From positions 1 through 64,000 of the IMG/VR virus record IMGVR_UViG_3300024261_001362: a stretch of DNA of 64,000 bases, one strand, 5' to 3'. A program made the translations under genes and the position numbers. The notes beneath the pieces were generated by a model. That model was not told where the DNA came from. It searched no databases and saw only the letters and a list, made by a program, of their open reading frames with translations. This document shows, one piece after another, positions 20,981-31,665 of the stretch (the stretch's first letter is position 1; each line of letters opens with the position of its first letter). This stretch comes from a virus.

Positions 20981-23900
20981 ATGTCGGAACATTCAATTAT
21001 ACCACCAACTGGTGAATATGGCTTAGATTGGCCTGCAAATCATGTGTTACCACAGGGTAAAGGTGGATCTATTTCCCAGGCTGGATGGACTGAGGAAGCA
21101 CAGGGATTTCCCCAACAAACTTTCTTGGGTGCTTCTATTAGAAGTTTTAATATAAGTGCTGGCTTTGGTGATACTTCATCTCAACTAAGTGTAGATTTAG
21201 TTAATGATGAATACAACAAATCTGATGGCTTGCCACTTGGTCAAGGAGATGATGTCTACCATAATGGTTTGATTGATACATTCCAACCTCCTGTGGTTGG
21301 TACTCCTGTGTATTTTAAATTTGGTAAAAATTTTGCTACAATAGATCAAGCTTACAGAAAAACCTTAGATGGTACATACAACGAGAGTACTATTCCGTCC
21401 GTTATTGATTTTCCCACCGTGACAACTAATGGTGATATCACACAGATTCCTGGTGATAATTACTTCTTAAGAGATACTACTGGCACTGGTGCCAATGCAG
21501 TTCATACATGGGTTGATAAAAGTTCATTGCTTGATGCCACTAATAATTCCCGTGGTAAAGATCATTTTGTGTTTGGGGGTATTTTACAGAGTTATACTCA
21601 AACTAAAGGTCCAAATGGTAATCCATTATATAGTTTAAATGTAACTGATCCAAGAGAAATTTTATCAAATGCTACTGTAATTTTAAACAATTATCAAGGA
21701 ACTACTTTTAATAATAAGAATCTATTTAATGTATATGGTTTTCTTGAGTATGATGTTAGTGATGAATTGAAAGAAGAGATTGAAGGTACTGATGTTTTAC
21801 CAAATCTTGATTTAAAATCTAAAAATATACTAACAAAAAATGTGGATGCAAAAGGTATCATTACATATACGGGCGATGATACATATATATTTGATGTTAA
21901 GCCTTTTACTACTAGTAATTATCCACCATCTTTCCCAATTACGGGTCAGGGTTTTTCTCGACGTGGTGATCAAGGTATTCCTTGGTATAGAGTTGACCAA
22001 GCATTGTCTGCTTTATTTAATTTTAAAGGTGCTCTTCCTCAAGAATATGTTAATTCTGGATTTGGAGGAGCAATTGATTTTAGGGGTTATAAATATGTAG
22101 TTGATTTTGGTGGTATTCCTTTAGAAAAAATACCTCAAATGTATTTTATGGACTTTGATCAATTAACATTAATGGACTTGGCACAAGAGCTTGCTGATGT
22201 CATCAGTCATGATTTATTTGTTAGTTTATTGCCGGTCATTGATCATCCAGCATATTCTTGGTTATATAATCTTAATCAGTATAATATTAACAATGGGAAT
22301 ACTACAGATGTTATTGCTGGAGTTATTCGTATAGATGCTATTGATAGATCGGTTCAGCCAGATTATGGCTCAATTAAGTCTTATATTGATGATCTTGCGG
22401 CGAATGGTGTTGAGGTTGAAAATCAAGACGTTGGTTTTGAATTATCTAACGTGACAACTGATAAATTTGTTGTCGGTGCAAATGAAGTTGATATGTTCTA
22501 TTTTTCTAATCATAGGGATAGAAATAATTTACAACTTAGAAGGAAAAATAATGGACTTCCCAATGATTTTGAATTGTTAGAGGAAACACAGTGGGATTTA
22601 GAAACTTCGCTCAAACAACAAATCCTTCCGTTTTATGGTTTCTTAGGTAAAAGTGCTGTTAGTATTCCAAGGGGATTTGGTTCATATCAACAGATACTAT
22701 TAGACACATCTCAACTGAATGCTTATGGAGTTGGTAATTATTATATTGCTACTGAACTTGAATTAAGAACTGTTTTAAAAAGTTATAGTAGTTGGTCTAA
22801 ATTTTTAGCTAATTATAGTGAATTGTATATTGAAGATCTTTCTGCCGATCAACAGTTCTATAAAGGATATGCTGGTGCTGCTTTAGTGAATTTAGAAGAT
22901 GATGTTGATTTTAATGCTCTGTTGGATAAATATTCAGAGACAAGCCCCAGAAATCGGTTAGCACTTGAGGCTATTCGTAATGGGAATTATGGAGTAACTT
23001 GTCCACGTTGTTTATTTAATTCTGATAAAGATTTTATGGGGTTAGATGGTTATCCAGCAAGTCCTTGTTCTCCCCCTTATGGTTATCCGCTTTATTATAA
23101 ACGTGCTGAAAAAATAGGAATTGCCCAAGCTGCATCCGTCAGCTTTGCTGAACCATATAAGCAAATACAAACTAATTTTGACAACATGAAAAAACGTATC
23201 GAGGAAAAAATTGATAGTGGTGCTATAGTTGTGCAAGAGGATGCTTTATCTGAAGTGCTTGAAGATATTATTTCTGGCACAATTGATGACTTAGATATAT
23301 CTCCAGAATCACAAAAAATACTATCTGATCAAATAAAAGAATCTAGAAACTTATCTAAAGATCATCAAGAATTCTATAACCTTATTGGTGAAACCGTTAA
23401 GAGTGCGAATTTTTTAAAAAATAATGCTGGTTATATAGCGGCGGTTACAGATATTGGTTTAGATGGCGAAAAAAATGCTAAAAAAGTATATGCTTTTCTA
23501 AGACGAATTGCGGAGGAAAATTTAGGTAAAAAATTCTTAGTGAAAATTCCCAAGGCTTGTAATTTATCTTATGATACTCAATTTAAATTTGATCCATATG
23601 AAGTTGAGGTTGAAAAAGGTCCATTTGGATTTAAGTCACAGCCGATTAATTTCGATGCTGGTTATTCTTCATCTTCTATATTCAATATAGAGATTAGTGG
23701 ATTATTAAGTCAAGTACAAATAATAGATGTTAATCAAGGAACATCGACAACTAGTAGTAGGGAATTGTTTAATCATTATTTAGATAAGGATGCTAAGGCA
23801 GAATATACATATGGGGCATTGAAGAATAATTATAATCCTGTTTCTGAAAAGTGGGAGTTTAATTATCAACCTGCTACTAATGGTGGGTTTTTTAACTTTG

Positions 23901-25825
23901 CTTTACATAATAGAAATTTATCTTTTACAGAATCTTCTACTCTTAGTGAATCAGAATTACCTTTGTCAACTCAATTTCTTTTAGCACCCAAAGATTTGAG
24001 TACTATCGTTGATTACAATGGTAGAATGAAATGTTATGTTAGATATGATAATAGTCAATTTTTGGATATGAGTTCAGTTTCTAAAGATAAGATCGTACAG
24101 CAGTCACAAGGGGATAGAGGTTTTATCCCTGATATTATGGAGGAATTGGAAAATACAAATCCTGGTTATAGAACTGACATGGATAGAATTAAGAGAATGA
24201 ATGCAATAGATACTCCAAAAACTGTTACATTTGTTTCGTGTGATATTGATGCTCAATTGTATATGTGTCCAAAGCCCTCTAGTTCACAAGTTACTGTATA
24301 TGGTAGGGATGTTAAATATGTAGCAAATGAAAGACCGTTACAATTTGTAGAGGAATCTTCTGGTTGTTTCAAAGCAATGATTGAAGATCCATATAGAATA
24401 TATTCTCCAAGTGCTAATGGTGGTGCTGATGGTAGGGTTGTAGAAAATATAGATTTCCAAAGAACATATAACGAATACGTAGATGCCTATTTAATTGATA
24501 CTGAAAAAGAAAATCTTGATCCAGATCATGTTTACGCTTTAATCACCGTACCCGGAAGAATTAAGCCTATTTTAGATTCTAGATATGTAGATGGTGATGC
24601 TTACAATGTGAATCCAGCAAAGATTAAACATCAATTGACTCAAGATGTAGTACGAGGTCCGAAGGGTTTTGACAAACCAGCACCTGTTGTTAATAGGGAT
24701 GAATTTCTTGCATCCGGCATTGAATGTCCAATAGACGTTGGGGATTTGACATATAACAGTATTGCTAAGAGTAAGATTAATGATGTGGAAAAAGCAAAGA
24801 TACTTTTAAATTGGCAAAAACAAGAATTTAAACAGTTTGCTGCGGCGATAAAAGCTCAAAGAGAAGCTTTGACTTCTGCATATATGAATGAAGATTTCAA
24901 TGTCAGCACATCACAACCATCACCAATATATCCAGATTTAGTTGCTATGCCATTACTTTCTAATGAAAGGTGTTATGGACCTTGGATGTCTGCAAGTATT
25001 ATAGACTCCAATGCTTCAGTAAGATACTCAAATATAGGCGGTAAAGTAGAATTTGTCAAGGATGAAAATCTTGCTCCTTGGAATTTTGCTGGTTATCAAT
25101 TAATGAACGAGGCTGGATCGTTACAGGCTCAATTTTCTAATAGTTTATTATTATTTGGTGAAAAGGGTAGTTTTTCTATACCTGAAGCACCAACTGGATT
25201 ATCTATTGCTGCAGCATTAAAAGCTGGTGGTCCTTTGGTCACTTCTATTAATGTTTCCGTGGATGAATCAAGTATTCGTACCAGTGTAAATATGGATTTA
25301 TATACTTCACGGTTTGGTAAATTACAGAAACAAAAAGAAGAATTAATCGGAAAAATTGCTAGAGAAAGACAAAAGATTATTGATCAAAATAATAGTATGA
25401 TTCGACAAGGACTCGGAAAGTCATCTTCAATCGTCTCTAATACAGCCAGCGAAATTTTAGAAAGAGCTTCGGAAGATATAGAAGATGCATTTAATGAATT
25501 AAGTTTTGATCAAACTTCAGTGTTTAAAGCTAAAGGTAGTATTGATGCAGGTCATGATACGGCTGGTAATATTACATTGAATGGAGGAGACAAGACTTCA
25601 GAATCTAAAATATCTTTACAAGCTGCTATTAGGCGTCAAGCTAACTTGACTCCCTCCCAAAGAAATGCTGAACGTGGTCGTACATATATTTTAGGTATGG
25701 AAAAAGAACAATCAACAGCCGTAGTTAGTAAAGATGGCAGAGAGAGTAGTCGGTTTATTCGTGGTTGGCATAATTACGAGAGACAAGATATAGTAGATCA
25801 ACAACTGGATGCAAAGGAAGAATAA
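20981..25825 (+). CDS. Large putative baseplate hub/tail-tip protein (1614 aa)
   Basis: RBS GGTGAGGA. C-terminal VTSINVSV..IRTSVNM beta motif followed by a coiled coil, as in hub/Tal-like proteins; context. Confidence 0.5.
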   Translation: MSEHSIIPPTGEYGLDWPANHVLPQGKGGSISQAGWTEEAQGFPQQTFLGASIRSFNISAGFGDTSSQLSVDLVNDEYNKSDGLPLGQGDDVYHNGLIDTFQPPVVGTPVYFKFGKNFATIDQAYRKTLDGTYNESTIPSVIDFPTVTTNGDITQIPGDNYFLRDTTGTGANAVHTWVDKSSLLDATNNSRGKDHFVFGGILQSYTQTKGPNGNPLYSLNVTDPREILSNATVILNNYQGTTFNNKNLFNVYGFLEYDVSDELKEEIEGTDVLPNLDLKSKNILTKNVDAKGIITYTGDDTYIFDVKPFTTSNYPPSFPITGQGFSRRGDQGIPWYRVDQALSALFNFKGALPQEYVNSGFGGAIDFRGYKYVVDFGGIPLEKIPQMYFMDFDQLTLMDLAQELADVISHDLFVSLLPVIDHPAYSWLYNLNQYNINNGNTTDVIAGVIRIDAIDRSVQPDYGSIKSYIDDLAANGVEVENQDVGFELSNVTTDKFVVGANEVDMFYFSNHRDRNNLQLRRKNNGLPNDFELLEETQWDLETSLKQQILPFYGFLGKSAVSIPRGFGSYQQILLDTSQLNAYGVGNYYIATELELRTVLKSYSSWSKFLANYSELYIEDLSADQQFYKGYAGAALVNLEDDVDFNALLDKYSETSPRNRLALEAIRNGNYGVTCPRCLFNSDKDFMGLDGYPASPCSPPYGYPLYYKRAEKIGIAQAASVSFAEPYKQIQTNFDNMKKRIEEKIDSGAIVVQEDALSEVLEDIISGTIDDLDISPESQKILSDQIKESRNLSKDHQEFYNLIGETVKSANFLKNNAGYIAAVTDIGLDGEKNAKKVYAFLRRIAEENLGKKFLVKIPKACNLSYDTQFKFDPYEVEVEKGPFGFKSQPINFDAGYSSSSIFNIEISGLLSQVQIIDVNQGTSTTSSRELFNHYLDKDAKAEYTYGALKNNYNPVSEKWEFNYQPATNGGFFNFALHNRNLSFTESSTLSESELPLSTQFLLAPKDLSTIVDYNGRMKCYVRYDNSQFLDMSSVSKDKIVQQSQGDRGFIPDIMEELENTNPGYRTDMDRIKRMNAIDTPKTVTFVSCDIDAQLYMCPKPSSSQVTVYGRDVKYVANERPLQFVEESSGCFKAMIEDPYRIYSPSANGGADGRVVENIDFQRTYNEYVDAYLIDTEKENLDPDHVYALITVPGRIKPILDSRYVDGDAYNVNPAKIKHQLTQDVVRGPKGFDKPAPVVNRDEFLASGIECPIDVGDLTYNSIAKSKINDVEKAKILLNWQKQEFKQFAAAIKAQREALTSAYMNEDFNVSTSQPSPIYPDLVAMPLLSNERCYGPWMSASIIDSNASVRYSNIGGKVEFVKDENLAPWNFAGYQLMNEAGSLQAQFSNSLLLFGEKGSFSIPEAPTGLSIAAALKAGGPLVTSINVSVDESSIRTSVNMDLYTSRFGKLQKQKEELIGKIARERQKIIDQNNSMIRQGLGKSSSIVSNTASEILERASEDIEDAFNELSFDQTSVFKAKGSIDAGHDTAGNITLNGGDKTSESKISLQAAIRRQANLTPSQRNAERGRTYILGMEKEQSTAVVSKDGRESSRFIRGWHNYERQDIVDQQLDAKEE

Positions 25826-25827
25826 CA

Positions 25828-28800
25828 ATGGCTGATACACATTTATTTACAACTAAAAATCCGATAATGAACGATCTTGGACTTGGGTCTTTTACTACAG
25901 GTATTTTATATGATTGGGTTACTGAGCAGAATGGTGCTAATTTAATTAATATTACACCAGATTACTGGGATCTTTTTTCCATTGATGAACCTAATGATCC
26001 TCTCGCTGCAATGCGACATATTCTAACAAATAATGTTCCAACAGATATGTCGCAATTTTATATTGAGACCAAAAGACCCAAAGGCAGGACATTTGAAAAT
26101 ATAACTTATACTGGATTGACTTCAAATAAGAGTTATGATAGTAATTGGCGTTATAAGGTAAAGGTTATAGACTATAGTTTTAATTATCTTAAAATTAGTG
26201 ATTTTTCATCTAGTGCCGGTAAATATACAGATAAAATAACCTCTATTATCAAACTGAATGATTGGGTTAATGATAAAGGACATATGAGTGATCCTTTATA
26301 TCAAGCTCGTGCTACATTTGTAAGAGATATTCGTCGTAGTGATCATGAAGGGATTATTTGGACTAATTATGTAGATATTCGTTTACCAGGGTTTGATCAA
26401 ATCTGTACAATTCCTGTCAAATGGAAACTTCTTTTATATAAAAAGAAACCTTTAGCAACTCATACTCTCGCAACTAAAAATCCAAGTTTTGCTATATCTC
26501 AACAAAATTCTTTAGGAGTAAAACATGGAGCAAGGGATGTTACAGGAAGATTAGTAGGTAATGAAGAAATTGCTGGTGAATTAGATGTATGGACAGATCC
26601 AGCTTCTGGAAAAGTTCGTGCAGGAAATAAACTTGTAATGGCTGTTATGACTAGTGATCTTCCTAAAGCTGATGCACCTGATGACGAAACTCCTGAAGGT
26701 GCTCGGAATACGACAACAGGACGTTCAGTCAAATTTGGTACAGCCAGACCAATTATGATGAAGGATGGAAATCCTCTTGATTGGGGTCCAGAATATAAAT
26801 ATAAAAATGCCTGTGGACTTTCTGACGATGAAAAAAATGAATTATACGAAATTCCAGTAATCAATGCATATTCAACTGTTTCTTTTGCTAAAGGTGAAGA
26901 GGTGATGCTGGCCGATAATGGTGGTGGAGGAGTTTGGCAAGTATTAAAGGTCTTTGATATTACTTCGGGACCACAGCCGATTGTTCCTAGTGTGGATAAT
27001 TGGTCTATTACATCTATGGCTTCTAATGCTGAACATTATTTTAAATCCTCAAATAGATCATTAACAAACCCAATAACGTTCGATGAATATGAAAAGGGTA
27101 TTTATAATGAATATTATGATTTAGAAGATAATCCTTATTTAGATCATATCAAACATGATCAAAATGGTTATGTACAGATTACTTCTTTTGATATGATGGG
27201 AAAAAATGTTGGTGGTACAAGAGACACACATGCTTTAGGTAATACTCAAATCGGCACTAGAGCTAATGGTCAACCTATGGAAGATCTTACTGATGTTCTT
27301 GGAATAACCACCACGCCATTTTTTGGTTGTGTTTTTCCTGATGGATATGAGGGTGGTGCGAAATATACAGAATATCGTGAATCGAGTACTGTTAAGATGG
27401 TAGCTAGCAATCCCGACAAGGGGTCGCAGGGGCGGAAAAATCTTGTGTATGTCAATGATATTCCGACAGGCACAAAAATATTTGATAGTGACGCTGGTCA
27501 TTCTAACACTGCAGGAAGTCCTTTTCAAGATGGTTCGCCATCATTACTTCAACTTCCAGCGGATATTGCTCTTCATGCATCTCCTAATAGTGATGGTATT
27601 GGTAGTCCTATTACTTTAGTTGATAGCTTATATTGGTGGTTTAAGCCAATCCCTCCGGATCCGACGATTCCACCTGGGTTCAACATGCAACGCAACACTC
27701 GGCTATGGAGTGAAGATTCGAAGAGATATGCTTGGTTACAACGTGAGGATGGTGGTGATACCTTTGGGTTTACACCAAAAAATAAAGGTAGGATTCAATT
27801 TAGACCATTGAAGGCTGAAATTTATGCGGCTTTTGAGATTTCAAAAGGGGGATCACCCACTAAAATAACCGATGACAGTGTTCGTGGGTGTTGGGCAAAT
27901 AGAGGTTATCTTAAGACGGGATATACTGGATCACCTATATCAGACAAAGTTTGGCAGAGGCAAACGATTTTTAAGAAACCCGGTGAATCCACGGGTATTA
28001 TAGGTCCATCAGGCTTTAAATATAATTTAGATATTGAAACTTATTTACCATCTGAAAATAGTGCATTTCCTAAACCTTATTTCCGATTAGGTGGTCCGAA
28101 TGGCTGGCAAAAATATGATAGACCTGCTGGTGGTGTTGGAATTATTGGTGCTCAAGTTACAGTTACTGCGGGTACTGCTATTAGTTTTCAAGTTAAAGAG
28201 AATTATTTTGGTATGGATGATTGGTTTTTTAATAATCCTGCGGGTGGTGATTGGAGTTCATCTTTTGGTGATAAGCCAACTGATTATAATAGATTAAATA
28301 ACACCAGTTTACATGCGAGGGTTTTTCAACACTGGCCTAAAAAACAAACAGTATACGATCCACGGTTCTTTGCTGTATTTCATTTTGGTGAAGGTTTGGG
28401 GGGAGATAACAGATTTCCAAGTGTCAAATATATGGCATCATATAAAATAGAAGGTAAAATGACGGTTACAGAGATTACTGGTGGTCCAGATAATACCCCA
28501 TCAGCAGAACAAAATTGGCTTGATTTAAAAGATGTAGATAGTTTTGGTGGATTTAGTGGGATGAGCAACCGAGTGCCAATAGGATATTCTCCAACAGGTT
28601 CTGAATCGGGTAAGTGGAAGGTAGAGGAACTAAGTTTTCCTAAAGCAGATATCAGAGTACCAACATTAATTAAAGACACTGGAAGCCATCCGAATACTGG
28701 AATGGGTACAATAGCAATCCCGACTGGGGATAAACAAAATTCATGTGATACCTGTCCGTACCAGATATGGGGTGCTCAAGATGTAAATAATGTTCCCTTA

Positions 28801-29673
28801 AGTGGTGTATGGAATGATTCTAGTATATCGGGTTGGAGAAACCCTGAAGATTGGCAGCTAGACGTTTATTTTAGGGGACGTTTACTACCTGCTACTAATA
28901 AAGTTAAAGTAATTGGTATTGAATCGATAACATCTCCGGACGGTTTTACATATGACGATCAAGTTGTAATTCATAGTCGAGGTGCAGGATATAGTGACGA
29001 AGATACCTTTACTACGAAAGGTGGTTCTGGACAAAATGTCATTTTAAAAGCAAACACAGGAACAAATGGGGTGATTGAGAATTTTACTATCATTGAATCT
29101 GGTGGTGGATTTATACCTGCGGATTTCTTCGCACCCACAGATAAACCAAGCTACCAAGCTGCAAAAGTTACAGTTGAACCATTGAACATTACGAGTGACG
29201 GCGATGGTTTACAAGCATATATTAAATATGGTTTAATTATAACCCAAAAGATTACACTAACCGGCCCCCAAGAGGCTACAGATGAGAATATCTTTGATTT
29301 GGTAAATGAACCTCCAGTTCCGACTGAATTAAATGGATCAATTAGAAAAGCTATATCTAGTCCCTCTACTACGAATGCTATTATAACCAAGCCCAGTCCT
29401 ACGAATCAGTATGATGTATTTCTACATTATCATAATGATATATCTCATGTTTTTGATGAACGATGGAATGTGGGAGGAGGTGGACCAAGGGCGATGGAGC
29501 AATTTATTAATTTGGAAATAATTCCAGATGGTTCAGCCTCCACAACTGTTATTGCTAATGATGGTAGTACAGCCAATACTAGGAATCAGGGTAGCAGCAG
29601 TAGTACATTAAGCGATGCCACAAGTCTAAGCAACCAACTTAGGCCAGATACGGGATTGACTTATGGTTCATAA
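25828..29673 (+). CDS. Putative tail fibre/baseplate protein (1281 aa)
   Basis: VIHSRGAGY...GGSG...NGVIENFTIIESGGGF module of the kind common in phage baseplate/fibre proteins; context. Confidence 0.55.
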   Translation: MADTHLFTTKNPIMNDLGLGSFTTGILYDWVTEQNGANLINITPDYWDLFSIDEPNDPLAAMRHILTNNVPTDMSQFYIETKRPKGRTFENITYTGLTSNKSYDSNWRYKVKVIDYSFNYLKISDFSSSAGKYTDKITSIIKLNDWVNDKGHMSDPLYQARATFVRDIRRSDHEGIIWTNYVDIRLPGFDQICTIPVKWKLLLYKKKPLATHTLATKNPSFAISQQNSLGVKHGARDVTGRLVGNEEIAGELDVWTDPASGKVRAGNKLVMAVMTSDLPKADAPDDETPEGARNTTTGRSVKFGTARPIMMKDGNPLDWGPEYKYKNACGLSDDEKNELYEIPVINAYSTVSFAKGEEVMLADNGGGGVWQVLKVFDITSGPQPIVPSVDNWSITSMASNAEHYFKSSNRSLTNPITFDEYEKGIYNEYYDLEDNPYLDHIKHDQNGYVQITSFDMMGKNVGGTRDTHALGNTQIGTRANGQPMEDLTDVLGITTTPFFGCVFPDGYEGGAKYTEYRESSTVKMVASNPDKGSQGRKNLVYVNDIPTGTKIFDSDAGHSNTAGSPFQDGSPSLLQLPADIALHASPNSDGIGSPITLVDSLYWWFKPIPPDPTIPPGFNMQRNTRLWSEDSKRYAWLQREDGGDTFGFTPKNKGRIQFRPLKAEIYAAFEISKGGSPTKITDDSVRGCWANRGYLKTGYTGSPISDKVWQRQTIFKKPGESTGIIGPSGFKYNLDIETYLPSENSAFPKPYFRLGGPNGWQKYDRPAGGVGIIGAQVTVTAGTAISFQVKENYFGMDDWFFNNPAGGDWSSSFGDKPTDYNRLNNTSLHARVFQHWPKKQTVYDPRFFAVFHFGEGLGGDNRFPSVKYMASYKIEGKMTVTEITGGPDNTPSAEQNWLDLKDVDSFGGFSGMSNRVPIGYSPTGSESGKWKVEELSFPKADIRVPTLIKDTGSHPNTGMGTIAIPTGDKQNSCDTCPYQIWGAQDVNNVPLSGVWNDSSISGWRNPEDWQLDVYFRGRLLPATNKVKVIGIESITSPDGFTYDDQVVIHSRGAGYSDEDTFTTKGGSGQNVILKANTGTNGVIENFTIIESGGGFIPADFFAPTDKPSYQAAKVTVEPLNITSDGDGLQAYIKYGLIITQKITLTGPQEATDENIFDLVNEPPVPTELNGSIRKAISSPSTTNAIITKPSPTNQYDVFLHYHNDISHVFDERWNVGGGGPRAMEQFINLEIIPDGSASTTVIANDGSTANTRNQGSSSSTLSDATSLSNQLRPDTGLTYGS

Positions 29674-29704
29674 GGGTAATAATAATTAATTAAATTAACT
29701 TTCC

Positions 29705-29714
29705 GTGTATAATA
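29705..29714 (+). promoter_or_regulatory. Putative phage (late) promoter GTGTATAATA, followed by RBS AGGAGA
   Basis: In an AT-rich intergenic region ~33 nt upstream of ATG 29747; the motif recurs elsewhere. Confidence 0.55.
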
Positions 29715-29746
29715 CAATATAATGACCTTCTTTTAGGAGAATTTAA

Positions 29747-30487
29747 ATGGCAGCTATTACATTTCATATAAATAACTTTGAAGCGGCAACAGATCAAACC
29801 ACTGAAGCTACATTGATTCGACATGACCTTGGTTCAGGTCTTGGTTTCTATGGTGGTGGATTTGGTATTTCCGTACCTGTTGCTGGCTATCAAGATACAA
29901 CTTTCGTCACGAGTGCTGATGGTACTACTCAGGCGGTTCAGACGCAGAATACAAAATATGTTTCAGAAAGTGGCTTATCTTTCAATGGTGCTGGTTCTGC
30001 TGGTACATCTGGTATTCCCAACTATAAAGCACCACTAAACATTAGATTTACTCATGATTCTGCTGTTAGTGTTCAGAATTGTAAATTGAGAATTTTTGAT
30101 AGAAGTGATATTGGAACTCATGCTACTGAAGTTACTACTAAAGCTTATGAATTGAGACATCCTAATCCTCTTGATGGACATAGTGCTACTAAAGGACATT
30201 TAGCACATCGTGGTTCAGCTAATCATAGTTGGACAGAATATGACCCTACAGAAGGTGGCACTCCACCTGACTTGACTTTGACAGCATCTCCTGGTACAAG
30301 TGGGTTAAATACTGTTGCTGGTGATCCACTACCTACAGGTGATACTACTTATTTCAATCATATGACTAAAGAAGGTACAGCCCATCAAGCTACTAGACAC
30401 GATTGGTATTTAGCATTATCTGCTTCGCCAACCACTATTGGTAGTAAAACAAACTATGGATTATACTTCACTTTAGAGTATATCTAG
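29747..30487 (+). CDS. Putative abundant virion structural protein (246 aa)
   Basis: Own promoter motif, strong RBS and downstream terminator; T/G/S/A-rich beta composition. Confidence 0.6.
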   Translation: MAAITFHINNFEAATDQTTEATLIRHDLGSGLGFYGGGFGISVPVAGYQDTTFVTSADGTTQAVQTQNTKYVSESGLSFNGAGSAGTSGIPNYKAPLNIRFTHDSAVSVQNCKLRIFDRSDIGTHATEVTTKAYELRHPNPLDGHSATKGHLAHRGSANHSWTEYDPTEGGTPPDLTLTASPGTSGLNTVAGDPLPTGDTTYFNHMTKEGTAHQATRHDWYLALSASPTTIGSKTNYGLYFTLEYI

Positions 30488-30526
30488 TCCGTCACCATTA
30501 TCTCTTATTATTCGACGGTCATTATT

Positions 30527-30556
30527 AAACCCCGCCCAAAAGGACGGGGTTTTTTA
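30527..30556. terminator. Bidirectional rho-independent terminator
   Basis: AAACCCCGCCC-AAAA-GGACGGGGTTTTTT GC hairpin (fully paired with one G-U on the minus strand) between convergent genes, with T-tracts on both strands. Confidence 0.85.
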
Positions 30557-30562
30557 TTTGGT

Positions 30563-30898
30563 TTATTCGTTTTTCTCTGTTTTTGGATTCCACTTGGTCC
30601 ATCCACCATCAGGTAGCCAGTTCCCCTCCGCATCTTTACGACGTGGGAACAATCCACCACCCTTCTTGTGGGAGCCAAATGCAAGCCTTGCACCACAATC
30701 CATACAACGAACCTCGTAATATAGGTTGTCGTCCACATTCCTCACTACAAATCGTACATTCTCTGATCCGCATTTTCCACACTTGGTTTCTTCAAAAACC
30801 TCCTGAAACTTAGCCAGATCTTCAAATACATTCTTTGCAGAATCACCTTCTAATTCTACTGTTAATCTACCATTTCCCGTTGTGTAATTTACTCTCAT
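30563..30898 (-). CDS. Zinc-ribbon protein (111 aa)
   Basis: CGKC...CMDC cysteine pairs; start overlaps the upstream stop. Confidence 0.7.
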   Translation of the reverse strand: MRVNYTTGNGRLTVELEGDSAKNVFEDLAKFQEVFEETKCGKCGSENVRFVVRNVDDNLYYEVRCMDCGARLAFGSHKKGGGLFPRRKDAEGNWLPDGGWTKWNPKTEKNE

Positions 30899-31665
30899 TA
30901 ATTTCTCCAGTCACTGTTATAGCCAATAATAGACTTAGGGATTGACGATGTATCACGTTGGAAGGAATTTAACTGTTCGATAGCCGCACTGGCTTGTTTC
31001 TTAGTTACTTTTCTACTCACAGATACACTAAACTCTTCTTTAAATAAATTTCCCACATTAATATTTAATTGCTTACATTTCACATTAATATGATTACTTT
31101 GTGGATCAGTCATTCTTGATGAATCTTGATATTCACCAGCGGTTGGCTCTTCAACCGTTTTCCCACGACTAATGCTCCTAACAACTTGTGCGGTATCCTT
31201 CTTAGTTACCTCTTCAGCGGCCACAGATCGCAATCTGAGAGCCTTCCTCAAAGCTCTAGCCTCTGCACGAGTTCCAGCCGTAGCGACTGAGAAGGCACAA
31301 AATGTGTCGTCTGTGTTACCCTCCCAGCAATCCGCTACATCACCAAAAGATTGTCCGTTCATAAACTCTATTTTCCATACCACAGTGGCACGTCCATGAG
31401 AATGGTCATCTTTAGGTGGGAACACTTGTACAGGTCCACTACTTCTTACTGGTCCTAAAATCAACTCTGCTACTCGTCGTAAACCAGCAGATTTTGGCAT
31501 ACCATCGATTAGCTCGTTAGATTCGAATAAACTGATCACATAATTATTCCATTCTGGAGATGTTATATTTGGTGCGTCTTCTAGCACAATATCCGTTACA
31601 GATGTATCAGTATTCATTGGTGAATCTAATGTGACACTGTCAAACAAATCTCTTTCCTCATTCAT
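30898..31665 (-). CDS. Putative single-strand annealing protein (Rad52/Sak-like)
   Basis: GLRRVAEL...ATVVWKIEF...ATAGTRAEARALRKAL core and C-terminal MTDPQ...TKKQASAAIEQL helical module typical of phage recombinases. Confidence 0.45.
   Translation of the reverse strand: MNEERDLFDSVTLDSPMNTDTSVTDIVLEDAPNITSPEWNNYVISLFESNELIDGMPKSAGLRRVAELILGPVRSSGPVQVFPPKDDHSHGRATVVWKIEFMNGQSFGDVADCWEGNTDDTFCAFSVATAGTRAEARALRKALRLRSVAAEEVTKKDTAQVVRSISRGKTVEEPTAGEYQDSSRMTDPQSNHINVKCKQLNINVGNLFKEEFSVSVSRKVTKKQASAAIEQLNSFQRDTSSIPKSIIGYNSDWRN

Noticed and set aside
30508-30813. Short ORFs 30508-30738(-) and 30583-30813(+)
   Set aside because: They overlap the Zn-ribbon gene (one also runs through the terminator) and have no motifs.
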